This document shows, piece by piece, positions 29,844 to 39,438 of a DNA stretch of 64,000 bases. The stretch is from an uncultured Elusimicrobia bacterium. Its GTDB lineage: Bacteria > Elusimicrobiota > Elusimicrobia > 2-01-FULL-59-12. Positions within the stretch are counted from its first letter, which is position 1. Every line of letters starts with the position of its first letter. A program made the translations under genes and the position numbers. The notes under the pieces were generated by a model. That model had not been told where the DNA came from. It saw only the letters and a program-made list of their open reading frames with translations, and did no database searches. The stretch spans positions 1,696,001 through 1,760,000 of the forward strand of contig OY969767.1 of assembly GCA_963702895.1 (NCBI GenBank), read 5' to 3'.

Positions 29844-32800
29844 TTATGCCGCCGCGTTGAACAAGTCACGCGTCTTCGCGCGGAAAGCGCCTCCCGCAGG
29901 CTCGCGCCTATTCGTCGGGATGAGTTTCGCAAACAATGTCAAAAACTTGCTTGACGGCGGAGTGGGGACCGCTGCCGGCGTCACTTGATCCATTTTCGGG
30001 GCATCAATCTTTTCCACAGCAGGCGCCATCAGGCGCGCCGCCGCGGCTTCGGCTTGTCGGGCCGCCCGCCGTTTGATGAGTGCCCTCACGCCCAGGACCG
30101 CAGCGGTCAACAGGAGAGCCCCTGCGGCAAGCGCCAAGGCCATCGGTGCCATGCTGGAGAGGGAAAGAGCCACCGACGGCGTCTGGTCGAGCAGCGGGTT
30201 CCCATGGCTGATCATCTTCGGCACAAGGGTGGTGGCCTCCGCGCCTCGAACAAGCTGCGCGCTTGGAACAAGCTGGCTGATAAACGTCGGCAATCCCACG
30301 ACAGCGAAGAAGGCGCCGACCAGTTTCCCGGCTGCAGATTTGATTGAGGGAGACCCAGTTTCCGCGTCGCGATTTTCCTGGGCGGCATCGGAGGGTGTAG
30401 CGGCCGCTTCCAGGGAGAGCGGGGATTCTGTAAGCTGGATCGGACCTGCGGATGGCTCAAAACCAACTTCTTGCAAACCTTCCAGCTTCGCAGGCTCCAT
30501 ACCCACTTCATAGGGCACATACCCCTTGAGTTCGTGCCATCCAGACGCCGTCATCGCTTGAACGGCGGCCTCCCGACTCATTTCAGGGTAAGCGCTGAGT
30601 TCCAGAAAGGCCTCTCGCATATGCGGCATCCCTTGAGGATCGAACAAGATCGATAGTGTTGTCGGCCCGCCAGCACCGAGAGGAAATAAGGCAATCCCCG
30701 CGTTCCTGGCTTCGGCAATCTCTGCCCCCAATGGATCGAGGGTATACAAACTCATCTCTCGCAACTTAGCTCCATGTTGAAAATAAAGGTCTCTTACCAC
30801 CCTGAACTGCGCATAGAAGGGGTTATCTTCGGACTTAAAAATGCGATTAGCCCATTTTTTGGCATAAGAAGGACCTCGTCTTTTCTCATGCCAATCCAGA
30901 GCGATGTTGATCCAGTGCAAGGTATTCTCATCGCGATTTCGCACATAGTGATCCAGTGCCCGGGCTACGCCATGCCAGTCTCCCTTTCGAAAAGCTTCCA
31001 CATACTCAAAGGTGAGGCGCACGTTGTCCAGATGTCTCGCTACGATGTAGGGATCGCCATCTTCAATGCCATCTGTCCACCCAATATTGGTCAGTGTCGC
31101 GAACCGGTTTTGTTCCGCTTTACCGTCCACATAGGTCTTTCCCGCCTGCAGCAGGACGGCATGCTTCGAAAACTCGGCGAGTCGGTCGGCAGGGAGCGGA
31201 ATTGAGACAAACCCGTTAGGGAACTGACCCTGTTCATCGCGGAATCCCCTGAGCCAGATGTGAAGATAGCCACCTCCGAGCAGCGTCGAGATCGCTTCTT
31301 GACCGCCGGTGAGTCCCATAAAAACACTGTTCTCCAGGTAAATTCCCAGATTGACCATATCGGCTTCGGAGAGTCCGGCACCGCTTAAAGCATTGGCGGC
31401 TTCGATCAAAGCCAGGTTAAAGGCGCCAGAGGTCCCCATCCCCCCAGCCAGGGCACGTTCATCAACATCGTCCAACGTAATCCGAATTCCTCGCAGGCCA
31501 AACAAGCGGAAAATATAGTTTGCCGCATCCTTTTGAGCAATACTGCCGTCTCTATTCGGCCGCGTCGCTTCTGTATAGACCGAATGAACGTTATACTGCG
31601 ATGCATCGTATTCGATAGCCTCCGGGTTATCGGATTTCTCAAAACTGACCTGAACCTTAAACGTACTGGCAAAGGTAGGCGTTGAAGAGAAACGTCCCAG
31701 GCCCTTTGCCGTCGGATTTCGCTGCTCGCGAAATTTACCTGGGAGATCATTGGAAGAACCTGCTCCATCAACACCACGCAGATAGCCGTTAAATGTAATT
31801 TTGGAATTGCCGATCATTCGAAGAGCTTCTTTCGCGCTCCGTGTAGGCTGGATTGAGCTTAAGGGCTCGCCAGCCATAAAGTCCTTTTCAGGCCAGAAAA
31901 GCTTAGTCCCCGCGGGAAGATTATCCTTATCAACACCTAAAGCTCGGAGCGTACGCTGTGCATAGGACTCTGCCCGAAGCTGATTTGTACCCCCCGCCGG
32001 GCCGGCGGTGGAGGCGTCGGAGGCGGGATTTGCTTCACCTTCCGACCCGGCCCCGCGCACGGGGCTCCGTAATTGATCGCCGCGGGGAGCTTCCAGCGTT
32101 TTTCCCCCGCCGATAAGAATCGCCAGAGCAAAGCGCAGCGGGGAAAAGACTCGTGCCAACGCCAGGCGCATGTCGCTCAGGCCGCTCAGCGAAGGAATCA
32201 TTCCGACTTCAATCTTCGCGGGATCCGACTTTTTCAAGATCCGGACAAAACCGATGGCGGACCCGCGAATTTCATTCGCCTTCCAATTGGCGCCAAAGAA
32301 AGGTCGACGCCCGTTCTTTGCGCCGGCTCCCGCAACGCCTTCCATAATCTTCTGAAAATCGCCCAGATTCTGGCTGGCCCCGCCGACCAGCACGCCATCA
32401 ACGTCCTGCTGGCGCATGATTCCTTCGATGTTCTCCGGCTTGACGCTCCCGCCATACAGGATGCGAATCGTGCCTGCGACCTGAGCACCGTACAGCGATT
32501 CAATTGTTCCTCTAATAAAGTTCGCCATGTCTTGAATGTCGTCTTCGCTCGCGATTCGCCCTGTGCCGATGGCCCAAATCGGCTCATAGGCAATGATGAG
32601 TTCAGCCGCATCCTCGGGAGAAATCTCGGCGAGGCCCTCTTGGAGCTGTTGACGGATCCACTCTTTTGTCTTCCCTTTGTCTCGTTTATCCAGATCCTCA
32701 CCGACGGCGAGTATCTTCGTTGGGAAACCTTTCTTGCTCGCCGCGCGAAGCTGAGCGTTGACTCTCTCATCATTGTCGCTCAGATCCATCCGGGTTTCGG

Positions 32801-35687
32801 AATGGCCGACCAGGACACCTGTGGCCCCCCTTGCCAGGACATCGTCCGCTGATACCTGACCCGTTTTCGCGCCCGGCTTCGGCGTTATCCGTTGAGCGAT
32901 GAGACCGACATGTCCAGGCCAGCTCAGCAGGCGGCTTTGCAGGGCGTAGCGCACGCGGTAGAGGTCGTTAGCCTCTTCCAAGCGATTGGGCGTCCGCGCA
33001 CCTCCGAGATGCGCTGTGGCCATGATGAAGCTTTCAACAAAAACAGCCGCAAAAACAGCCACCGCCGCGTAATCGAAAGCGCCCATCCTCGCCCAATCCA
33101 TGTGTCCCAAATGAATCCCTGTCGCGACGGCCAGAACCAGCCAAAAAACAGGGAATATTCCGGCCAGCACAACCGTACGCCAGGCGGTTGGCTCTTGTCG
33201 AAGCCCGGGCACTTCAACGAAGGATTCATTCGGGGAAACCACGCGTTTGGTTGGGCTGTATCCCGCGAGTTTCGCAAAGAATTCTGTGCCGATCTCTTCC
33301 AGCCAGGACGCCGGCAATGCGACGGCGCCCCAAAACCCGCGCACCGGGCTGCGAAGTCTGTCGCCAAACCCTGTGCTCGCCGCCGGGCGGGCGGCGGTGT
33401 CGCCGGTCGCGGGGGCCATGGTGCGGACGCCGGTACCGCCACGGGTCGCGACGATAAGATCAGCGAGGCGTGAAATATCGTCGCTCCTGTCTCGTTTCTT
33501 GATAATCACTCCTAATGCTTCGAGGTAGAAGGAAAGGTGTTCCAATCCCACCCGCTGGATGAAGGCCTTTCCTTCCTCGGTGAGCAAATCTTTTCCCGCT
33601 GGGGATTCCAACCTTGCCAAGTCCCGCCAAATAGCGTTTTCTTCATCACGAACTTCCGATTCACGATCGCGCATCGCGTCACGGCGGTGGCCCAGCTCAT
33701 GTCCGAGAATAAGCAACAGTAATGATTCGGCAATGGCTTTGGCGCTTTCTGAAGCCGTCGGTGCGAACGCGGCTTTCAACGCCTCCAAGACCACCTCGTT
33801 GATCACCAGCTTGGTCGGTATTCCTTCCTTGCCAGGCTCAATATAGGCCGCGCTGACGCTGTAGCGCGGGGCCACGTGAAGCTCCACTGCGCGCACTCCC
33901 ATCGAGATCACTTCTAGCGCTTTCGTGCCGAACGGTAACGCGTCCCAATATTCTTTCAGCGCTTGATTAAGCGCCTTCCGGAAATCTTCGTGTAGATTCC
34001 AGCGCTGTACTCCTTCAGGCCGCGGTCCTTTACGCCGTGCCAATTTAAGACCGCCTGTATAAGAAGGAGGGTTGATGTTTAATCCGGTGTCCACCGACTT
34101 AGCTTTTTGCCCGCCTCCGAACGTCCGCACGCTGCCGGCGGCAACCGTCCTTCCACCCCGGCGGAACAGTGGCCGGAACCAATTGTTTAGCCACGGTAGA
34201 TTCGCCTTGACTGCCACGGATTCTTCACTAAAGTCCGGGCCGGGACCGCTCGCCAGGGCCTGCGGAGGGAGCTGGAGGTCCCGCGCGAGGTCTTCTATGT
34301 TCGCATGCTCCCCCTTCATGCGGGCTTCGTAGAGCTGGTGATAGTCCTCCGAGATCTCGTCCACGTAGGGGGTGATGACGACGTATCCCACGCCCGCCTT
34401 CTTGAACTCGCGGATCATGCCGGCGGTGTGGAAACCTCCGGCCACCAACACAACAGTATCGGTGTAACGGGGTAACGGGGTAACGGGGTAACGGCTTTGT
34501 CGTGACTCCGACACGCCGGCACTCCGATACTCCGACACGGGGCTGCGAAGCAGCGCAAGCGTGTTCTTCGCCAGCGGCTCGTCCCGCATCAGGGCGACGG
34601 CGTAAAAGTCGATGGCGGACTTCAGAACCTCTTCTATTTCAGCAAGGCGTCCCGCGTCCTGCGTTTCGCGTCCTGCGTCCTGCGTCCCGCGTCCCGCGTC
34701 CTGCTTCTTGTCGTTCAGATTCTGCACCGGATCCTTGACGCGGGACTCGGGACTCGGGACACGGGACTCAAGTCGCAACAACTGTTGCGTGATCTCCACA
34801 AAGGCCGGAAGGCGCTGCGCCACGTAGCGGACTTCTTCCAGCGTGGTCTCCTGCCGGAGAAGCTTACTCAGGAAGCTCAGGGAATGGTCGATCTCCGCGA
34901 GGTTCTGTACGAGCGCAACTTCCTTCTCGTCCTGGACGGAGGTCTTGGCGATCTCCAGCTTTCGCTTGAGAAGTTCCTCGGCAGAACGGACATCATAGGC
35001 TTCCTGCCGGTCCAGACGCTTCAAGCCGTAGGGGTAATGTTCTTTCTTCAGGATGGCAAGCTTCCTGCCGATCCCGTCGAGACTGTTTTTGAGCTGATGC
35101 CGGCTCTGGAGCGTCCCTTTATAGAGCTCCCGGTTAAGCTTGTAATAGTCGGGTTCATCCACGCCGAAAAGCCTGTGCCCCTCGCCGCGCAGGATGGAGA
35201 ACGCCTCGTCGCCGGACATTTCGCCTTTGCTCAGGAAGTAGTCCACGAGCCTGGTTTTGAGCTTGCCGGACGGGTAGTTGGCGAGGATGCTCGTGTCATA
35301 GTCTCCGCTTAGGCCTTCCACGGCCACCCGGCCGGAGACGATGTTTTTGTCATAGAGATAATCCAGAATTTTGACGATGCGCTTTTGGGTGGGGTAATGG
35401 AGGTGGAGATCCTGAATTAAGATGACTGTATCGGCGTATCGGCGTGTCGGCGTGCCGGCGTCACGGCTTGGGTGTGACTCCGTTACTCCGATACTCCGAT
35501 ACTCCGATACTGGAGCTGGCAGCCAGTAGTCCGTAACAGAGGCGATCTTCGGCGAAAGCGAAATCTGGCTGACGATTGAGGGAACGGCGGCGGCGTGGGA
35601 AGGACTGGGGAGCGGAATCGACGTGAGGACCAGCGCCGCCGATATCAAAGTGGATAAAACTTTTCGGGTCTGTTTAATCGGTTCCAT
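29844..35687 (-). CDS. Giant exported multidomain protein: N-terminal IQDLH...VEG...GGFH domain, HExxH, TM segments, circularly permuted TPI, GHMP kinase, C-terminal TM
   Basis: ATG 35687 with GGAGG; signal peptide; GHELGH; GHSE/AYEPIWAIGTG/YGGSV/VGGAS followed by GANWK; GGMGTSG/GGQE/GAGG; ends LFNAAA. Confidence 0.85.
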   Translation of the reverse strand: MEPIKQTRKVLSTLISAALVLTSIPLPSPSHAAAVPSIVSQISLSPKIASVTDYWLPAPVSEYRSIGVTESHPSRDAGTPTRRYADTVILIQDLHLHYPTQKRIVKILDYLYDKNIVSGRVAVEGLSGDYDTSILANYPSGKLKTRLVDYFLSKGEMSGDEAFSILRGEGHRLFGVDEPDYYKLNRELYKGTLQSRHQLKNSLDGIGRKLAILKKEHYPYGLKRLDRQEAYDVRSAEELLKRKLEIAKTSVQDEKEVALVQNLAEIDHSLSFLSKLLRQETTLEEVRYVAQRLPAFVEITQQLLRLESRVPSPESRVKDPVQNLNDKKQDAGRGTQDAGRETQDAGRLAEIEEVLKSAIDFYAVALMRDEPLAKNTLALLRSPVSEYRSAGVSESRQSRYPVTPLPRYTDTVVLVAGGFHTAGMIREFKKAGVGYVVITPYVDEISEDYHQLYEARMKGEHANIEDLARDLQLPPQALASGPGPDFSEESVAVKANLPWLNNWFRPLFRRGGRTVAAGSVRTFGGGQKAKSVDTGLNINPPSYTGGLKLARRKGPRPEGVQRWNLHEDFRKALNQALKEYWDALPFGTKALEVISMGVRAVELHVAPRYSVSAAYIEPGKEGIPTKLVINEVVLEALKAAFAPTASESAKAIAESLLLLILGHELGHRRDAMRDRESEVRDEENAIWRDLARLESPAGKDLLTEEGKAFIQRVGLEHLSFYLEALGVIIKKRDRSDDISRLADLIVATRGGTGVRTMAPATGDTAARPAASTGFGDRLRSPVRGFWGAVALPASWLEEIGTEFFAKLAGYSPTKRVVSPNESFVEVPGLRQEPTAWRTVVLAGIFPVFWLVLAVATGIHLGHMDWARMGAFDYAAVAVFAAVFVESFIMATAHLGGARTPNRLEEANDLYRVRYALQSRLLSWPGHVGLIAQRITPKPGAKTGQVSADDVLARGATGVLVGHSETRMDLSDNDERVNAQLRAASKKGFPTKILAVGEDLDKRDKGKTKEWIRQQLQEGLAEISPEDAAELIIAYEPIWAIGTGRIASEDDIQDMANFIRGTIESLYGAQVAGTIRILYGGSVKPENIEGIMRQQDVDGVLVGGASQNLGDFQKIMEGVAGAGAKNGRRPFFGANWKANEIRGSAIGFVRILKKSDPAKIEVGMIPSLSGLSDMRLALARVFSPLRFALAILIGGGKTLEAPRGDQLRSPVRGAGSEGEANPASDASTAGPAGGTNQLRAESYAQRTLRALGVDKDNLPAGTKLFWPEKDFMAGEPLSSIQPTRSAKEALRMIGNSKITFNGYLRGVDGAGSSNDLPGKFREQRNPTAKGLGRFSSTPTFASTFKVQVSFEKSDNPEAIEYDASQYNVHSVYTEATRPNRDGSIAQKDAANYIFRLFGLRGIRITLDDVDERALAGGMGTSGAFNLALIEAANALSGAGLSEADMVNLGIYLENSVFMGLTGGQEAISTLLGGGYLHIWLRGFRDEQGQFPNGFVSIPLPADRLAEFSKHAVLLQAGKTYVDGKAEQNRFATLTNIGWTDGIEDGDPYIVARHLDNVRLTFEYVEAFRKGDWHGVARALDHYVRNRDENTLHWINIALDWHEKRRGPSYAKKWANRIFKSEDNPFYAQFRVVRDLYFQHGAKLREMSLYTLDPLGAEIAEARNAGIALFPLGAGGPTTLSILFDPQGMPHMREAFLELSAYPEMSREAAVQAMTASGWHELKGYVPYEVGMEPAKLEGLQEVGFEPSAGPIQLTESPLSLEAAATPSDAAQENRDAETGSPSIKSAAGKLVGAFFAVVGLPTFISQLVPSAQLVRGAEATTLVPKMISHGNPLLDQTPSVALSLSSMAPMALALAAGALLLTAAVLGVRALIKRRAARQAEAAAARLMAPAVEKIDAPKMDQVTPAAVPTPPSSKFLTLFAKLIPTNRREPAGGAFRAKTRDLFNAAA

Positions 35688-35820
35688 TACCAGCCTCCAG
35701 GAAGAATGTATTAGCCCCACTAGATTAGCGGAATCCACGCGAATTTTGAATAGAACGAAGGGCTAAATAATACTCGCCAATAGTCCCAGACGACCATTGG
35801 GCCCAGTATTCCCCTTGATT

Positions 35821-37208
35821 GAGTTACCATCAAAAGTGCTGGAAATAGGTTTTAAGGCAAGGAAGGATTTGCCTTAGGAAATAGAAACGGCGTACCCTTT
35901 CGTTGAAACACACAAACCTGTCCGTTCGAGCGGACAATAAACGAAAAGGAGACGCCGTTATGGAAACCATTGTAAACGAGAAAGGGACTCAGCACAAAGG
36001 CGAGAGCATGGTGGATTATCTGGCCCGTGAAGGAGCGCGCAAGATGCTGGTGGAGGCCCTGGAAGAAGAAGTGACGATGTATTTAGAGCGTCGGCGCTAT
36101 GAACGGGCGAAGAATCTGGAGAAAGGCTATCGCAACGGAACCCGGGAGCGGAAGGTGACAGTTTTGGGAGCAGGTTTAAAGCTCTCGGTGCCGCAAGTCG
36201 ACGGGGGCGAGTTTGAGTCGAGCATCTTGCGTCCGTACCAGCGGCGAACCGAGGGTGTCGAGGAGTTATTCCGGCGGCTGTACCTGGAGGGGCTCTCGAG
36301 CCGGGACTTTGAGCCGGCGATGCGAGCACTGATCGGGGATGGAGCCACCTTATCAGCCAGCACGATCCTGCGTTTATCGGCGAAGTTTCAATCGGACCTG
36401 GCCACCTTCAGCCGCCGGGACTTATCCGAAACGCGTTACGCCTATGTCTGGGCGGACGGCGTGTACTTGAAGGCCGGGCTGGAGAAAGAGAATACGGCGC
36501 TTTTAGTGTTGGTTGGCGTGAATGCCGATGGGAAGAAAGAGCTGATGGCTCTGATGGAAGGCTACCGGGAGAGCCGGGATTCCTGGAAGGAAATCTGGCG
36601 AGGGGTGGCGGAGCGTGGAATGCCCGCTCCGCTCTTGGTTATCGGCGATGGGATGGGTGGGCTCTGGGAGGCGGTGGCGGAGGTCTATCCGACCGCCAAA
36701 GATCAACGGTGCTGGAAGCACAAGATGCGCAACGTCGTGGATAAAGTGCCGAAGGCCAAGCAAGAGGAGGTGCTCAACCGTCTGCGCGTGGCGTATCAGG
36801 CGGAGCGTCGAGAAGACGCGGAGAATCACCTGGCCTTGTTAGCCGAGGACCTGGAGATTCGCTACCCGAAGGCGGCGGCTTGTATCCGGAAGGACCATGA
36901 CGCCTTGCTGCGCTACTTCGACTTTCCGAAGGAGCACTGGGTGCATTTAAAGACGAGCAATCCGATCGAGTCGGTCTTCGCGGGGGTCCGATTGCGAACT
37001 CGCGTTGTGCGGCGGTTTCAGAAATCTCGCACGGGAGTAGCGTTCGTCTACAAAATCATTGAACGCCTGGCGCAATTCTGGAAGCCGATTGAGAAGCCGG
37101 AATTGGTGATGGGATTATTCGTCGAACGAGAGAAGCTGGAGGTAGCGGCCTAAGAGACTTTCGACCAAAGGGGCGCCGATCGATTTCCATCACATTTGAC
37201 TAAAGCTC
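35821..37208 (+). mobile_element. IS256-family element
   Basis: Imperfect 26-bp TIRs (GAGTTACCATCAAAAGTGCTGGAAAT / ATTTCCATCACATTTGACTAAAGCTC) and CTTGATT direct repeat (35814-35820, 37209-37215). Confidence 0.9.
35960..37153 (+). CDS. IS256 (Mutator-type) DDE transposase
   Basis: GYRNG, LYLEGLSSRD, WADGVY, IGDG, QRCWKH, TSNPIES. Confidence 0.95.
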   Translation: METIVNEKGTQHKGESMVDYLAREGARKMLVEALEEEVTMYLERRRYERAKNLEKGYRNGTRERKVTVLGAGLKLSVPQVDGGEFESSILRPYQRRTEGVEELFRRLYLEGLSSRDFEPAMRALIGDGATLSASTILRLSAKFQSDLATFSRRDLSETRYAYVWADGVYLKAGLEKENTALLVLVGVNADGKKELMALMEGYRESRDSWKEIWRGVAERGMPAPLLVIGDGMGGLWEAVAEVYPTAKDQRCWKHKMRNVVDKVPKAKQEEVLNRLRVAYQAERREDAENHLALLAEDLEIRYPKAAACIRKDHDALLRYFDFPKEHWVHLKTSNPIESVFAGVRLRTRVVRRFQKSRTGVAFVYKIIERLAQFWKPIEKPELVMGLFVEREKLEVAA

Positions 37209-37538
37209 CTTGATTCCAGGATGGGACTGGGCTTTCCCCTCCCTTCTGGTTGAAAGCATCACCAAATCACGTCTTTCGTAGCGTTGGCGCAAAATCGGTT
37301 TCCCATGCTGGGAGCTCTCGCTCGCAACTTTATCGCTTATTTTGGCTTTGACAAAAATAATCTGTTATTTCAATCAGTTTTTGAGCAACTCCACAATGTC
37401 TTGGACCGAACTCGTATTGGGAGGAAGGGCCCATTTCGGCCAATGTTACAGGATTGTTACAGGTTCGCTATACCAGCTTTACAGCTCCAGCGCATCCTTA
37501 AAGTGGAAGCCAACGGGGGGGGGAGAAATGGGGTCCTT

Positions 37539-37982
37539 ATGTTCTCTCCAATGCTCTCTATTAAAGCCCTCTTCCTCGTTTCTCTTATCTTCCTTTCCCC
37601 CACCTTCGCCTTCTGTGATCCCCAAGGTATCGTCGATTACTCGATTGAATGGGGTCCGGTGGTTCGATCGGACTATACGTTTGTCTTTTCTGGAATCGTT
37701 TCCCGGGAGGGCCATCCCTGCCCCAACGCGAGGGTCGAGCTTGATCTCGAGACAGCGACCGAGGGCATTGTCACCGAAAGCGCCCTGGCGGGAGATGATG
37801 GCCGCTATCAAATCGCCATCACCATTACGGCTTCACCCGAGCAGTCTTCCAATTGGAAGCTGCAGGCCCGTAGCGGCGGTATCGAACGCGCTCAAACCGG
37901 CGAAGCGGAAGGACGCGTCATTTTACTGGAAGGGCAAACCAGCATCATCGTAGACAGGCCTCTCAACCTCGTTCAGGCTTAA
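37539..37982 (+). CDS. Hypothetical exported Ig/carboxypeptidase-regulatory-like protein
   Basis: Signal peptide; 'SG.V...G.P.PNARV.L......DDGRY.I' pattern. Confidence 0.55.
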   Translation: MFSPMLSIKALFLVSLIFLSPTFAFCDPQGIVDYSIEWGPVVRSDYTFVFSGIVSREGHPCPNARVELDLETATEGIVTESALAGDDGRYQIAITITASPEQSSNWKLQARSGGIERAQTGEAEGRVILLEGQTSIIVDRPLNLVQA

Positions 37983-38025
37983 AGGAGCTGATTATGGAAA
38001 TTTCCTATAATTCGTTCACCTTCCG

Positions 38026-39438
38026 ATGGATGCTAAATCAATTCTTGTCCTGGGTGGCGGTCCCGGTGGCTATGCCGCGGCGCTGGAAGCAGCGCAAAAG
38101 GGTCTTTCCGTCACTCTTGTGGATCCCGGTCCCTTGGGAGGCACCTGTCTGCATCGAGGCTGTGTCCCCTCGAAGTTTTTCCTTTCCCAGGCCAGGCATG
38201 CCGCGGAGCCGGTAACTCAGCTCGAGAAACTCCTCCAGCAAAAAGACGCTATCCTCACCACCCTGCGCCAGCGCATGGAGCAGGCGGCCAAATCCGCCAA
38301 CATTAAGCTCGTGAGCGGCACGGCGAGGTTTGTCTCGCCAAATACAGTTGAAATAACGTCTCCTGGATCGTCCGACGTTCGACGTCTGACGCCCATCCAG
38401 ACGTCGGACCTCGGACGTCGGACGGCCGATGCCTTTATTCTGGCGACGGGTTCTTCCCCCATTTTCCCAGACGTATTCCCGAAACATCCAGCCCTCTTCA
38501 CCAGCGATACTATTTTCTCGATTGATTATCTCCCAGCTCATCTCGTCGTCGTAGGCGGTGGCTACATCGGCACGGAGCTTGCCTGTGCGTTTCAGGGACT
38601 TGGCTCCAAAGTGACGCTGATCGAAAAAGAGCCGGCGCTTCTCGCCACGCAGCCGGAATTTGCGGCCGCAGCCCCTGTGCTGCAAAGATCGCTCGCCAAG
38701 CGCGGCATGAGCGTCTGGACCGGGACGGAAGTCCGATCGGTGGCCTCCGCTGGCGAGCGAAAGCTTTTGGTCACCTGCTCCAATGGCGAGGTTCTCGAGG
38801 CCAACGCCTTGCTCCTCGCGCTCGGCCGCCGCCCCAATCACGACGCCTTGAATCTGGCGGCGGCCGGCATCACGCTCACCGGTCCTCGCCTTGGGGTGAA
38901 CGCCAATTTTCAGACTTCCGTCCCCACGATTTACGCGATTGGAGACCTGGTAAGCCCCTTGCCTCTGGCCCACACCGCCACGAAGGAAGCCGAGATGGCG
39001 ATCGCTCACCTGACCGGTGAAAAGAAAACGCCCCTTTATTACTCTCTCATTCCGCGCGTGATCTTCACGTGGCCGGAGGTCGCCGCGGTCGGACTGACCG
39101 AGGACCAAGCCCTGGCGGCAGGCCACAAGACCCGGATCGATCGCTACCACTTTGCCGCCAATTCCAAGGCCCTTGTGGAAAGCGATTCCGAAGGTTTTTG
39201 GACGGTTCTTTCGGACGCGGATTCAAAAAAGATTTTAGGCTCGATGATCATCGGCCCGCAGGCGACCGAACTCATTCATCTGGTCGCCCTTGCCCTTCGG
39301 GCCGGTTTTACGACCGCGGATGTCGCCGATACGGTCTTTGCTCACCCCACGCTCTCCGAAGGCTTCCAAGAGGTGATGAAACGCTCTGTTTCAAAAGCCC
39401 CCTTCTCCCGTCCGCAGGATGGGAGAAGGACGGGATGA
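38026..39438 (+). CDS. lpdA: Dihydrolipoamide dehydrogenase
   Basis: GGGPGGY, GGTCLHRGCVPSK, GGGYIG.E, AIGD, HPTLSE. Confidence 0.93.
   Translation: MDAKSILVLGGGPGGYAAALEAAQKGLSVTLVDPGPLGGTCLHRGCVPSKFFLSQARHAAEPVTQLEKLLQQKDAILTTLRQRMEQAAKSANIKLVSGTARFVSPNTVEITSPGSSDVRRLTPIQTSDLGRRTADAFILATGSSPIFPDVFPKHPALFTSDTIFSIDYLPAHLVVVGGGYIGTELACAFQGLGSKVTLIEKEPALLATQPEFAAAAPVLQRSLAKRGMSVWTGTEVRSVASAGERKLLVTCSNGEVLEANALLLALGRRPNHDALNLAAAGITLTGPRLGVNANFQTSVPTIYAIGDLVSPLPLAHTATKEAEMAIAHLTGEKKTPLYYSLIPRVIFTWPEVAAVGLTEDQALAAGHKTRIDRYHFAANSKALVESDSEGFWTVLSDADSKKILGSMIIGPQATELIHLVALALRAGFTTADVADTVFAHPTLSEGFQEVMKRSVSKAPFSRPQDGRRTG

Noticed and set aside
37515..37523. G9 tract as a phase-variation switch
   Set aside because: Short, upstream of the likely start, and not clearly within a promoter spacer.
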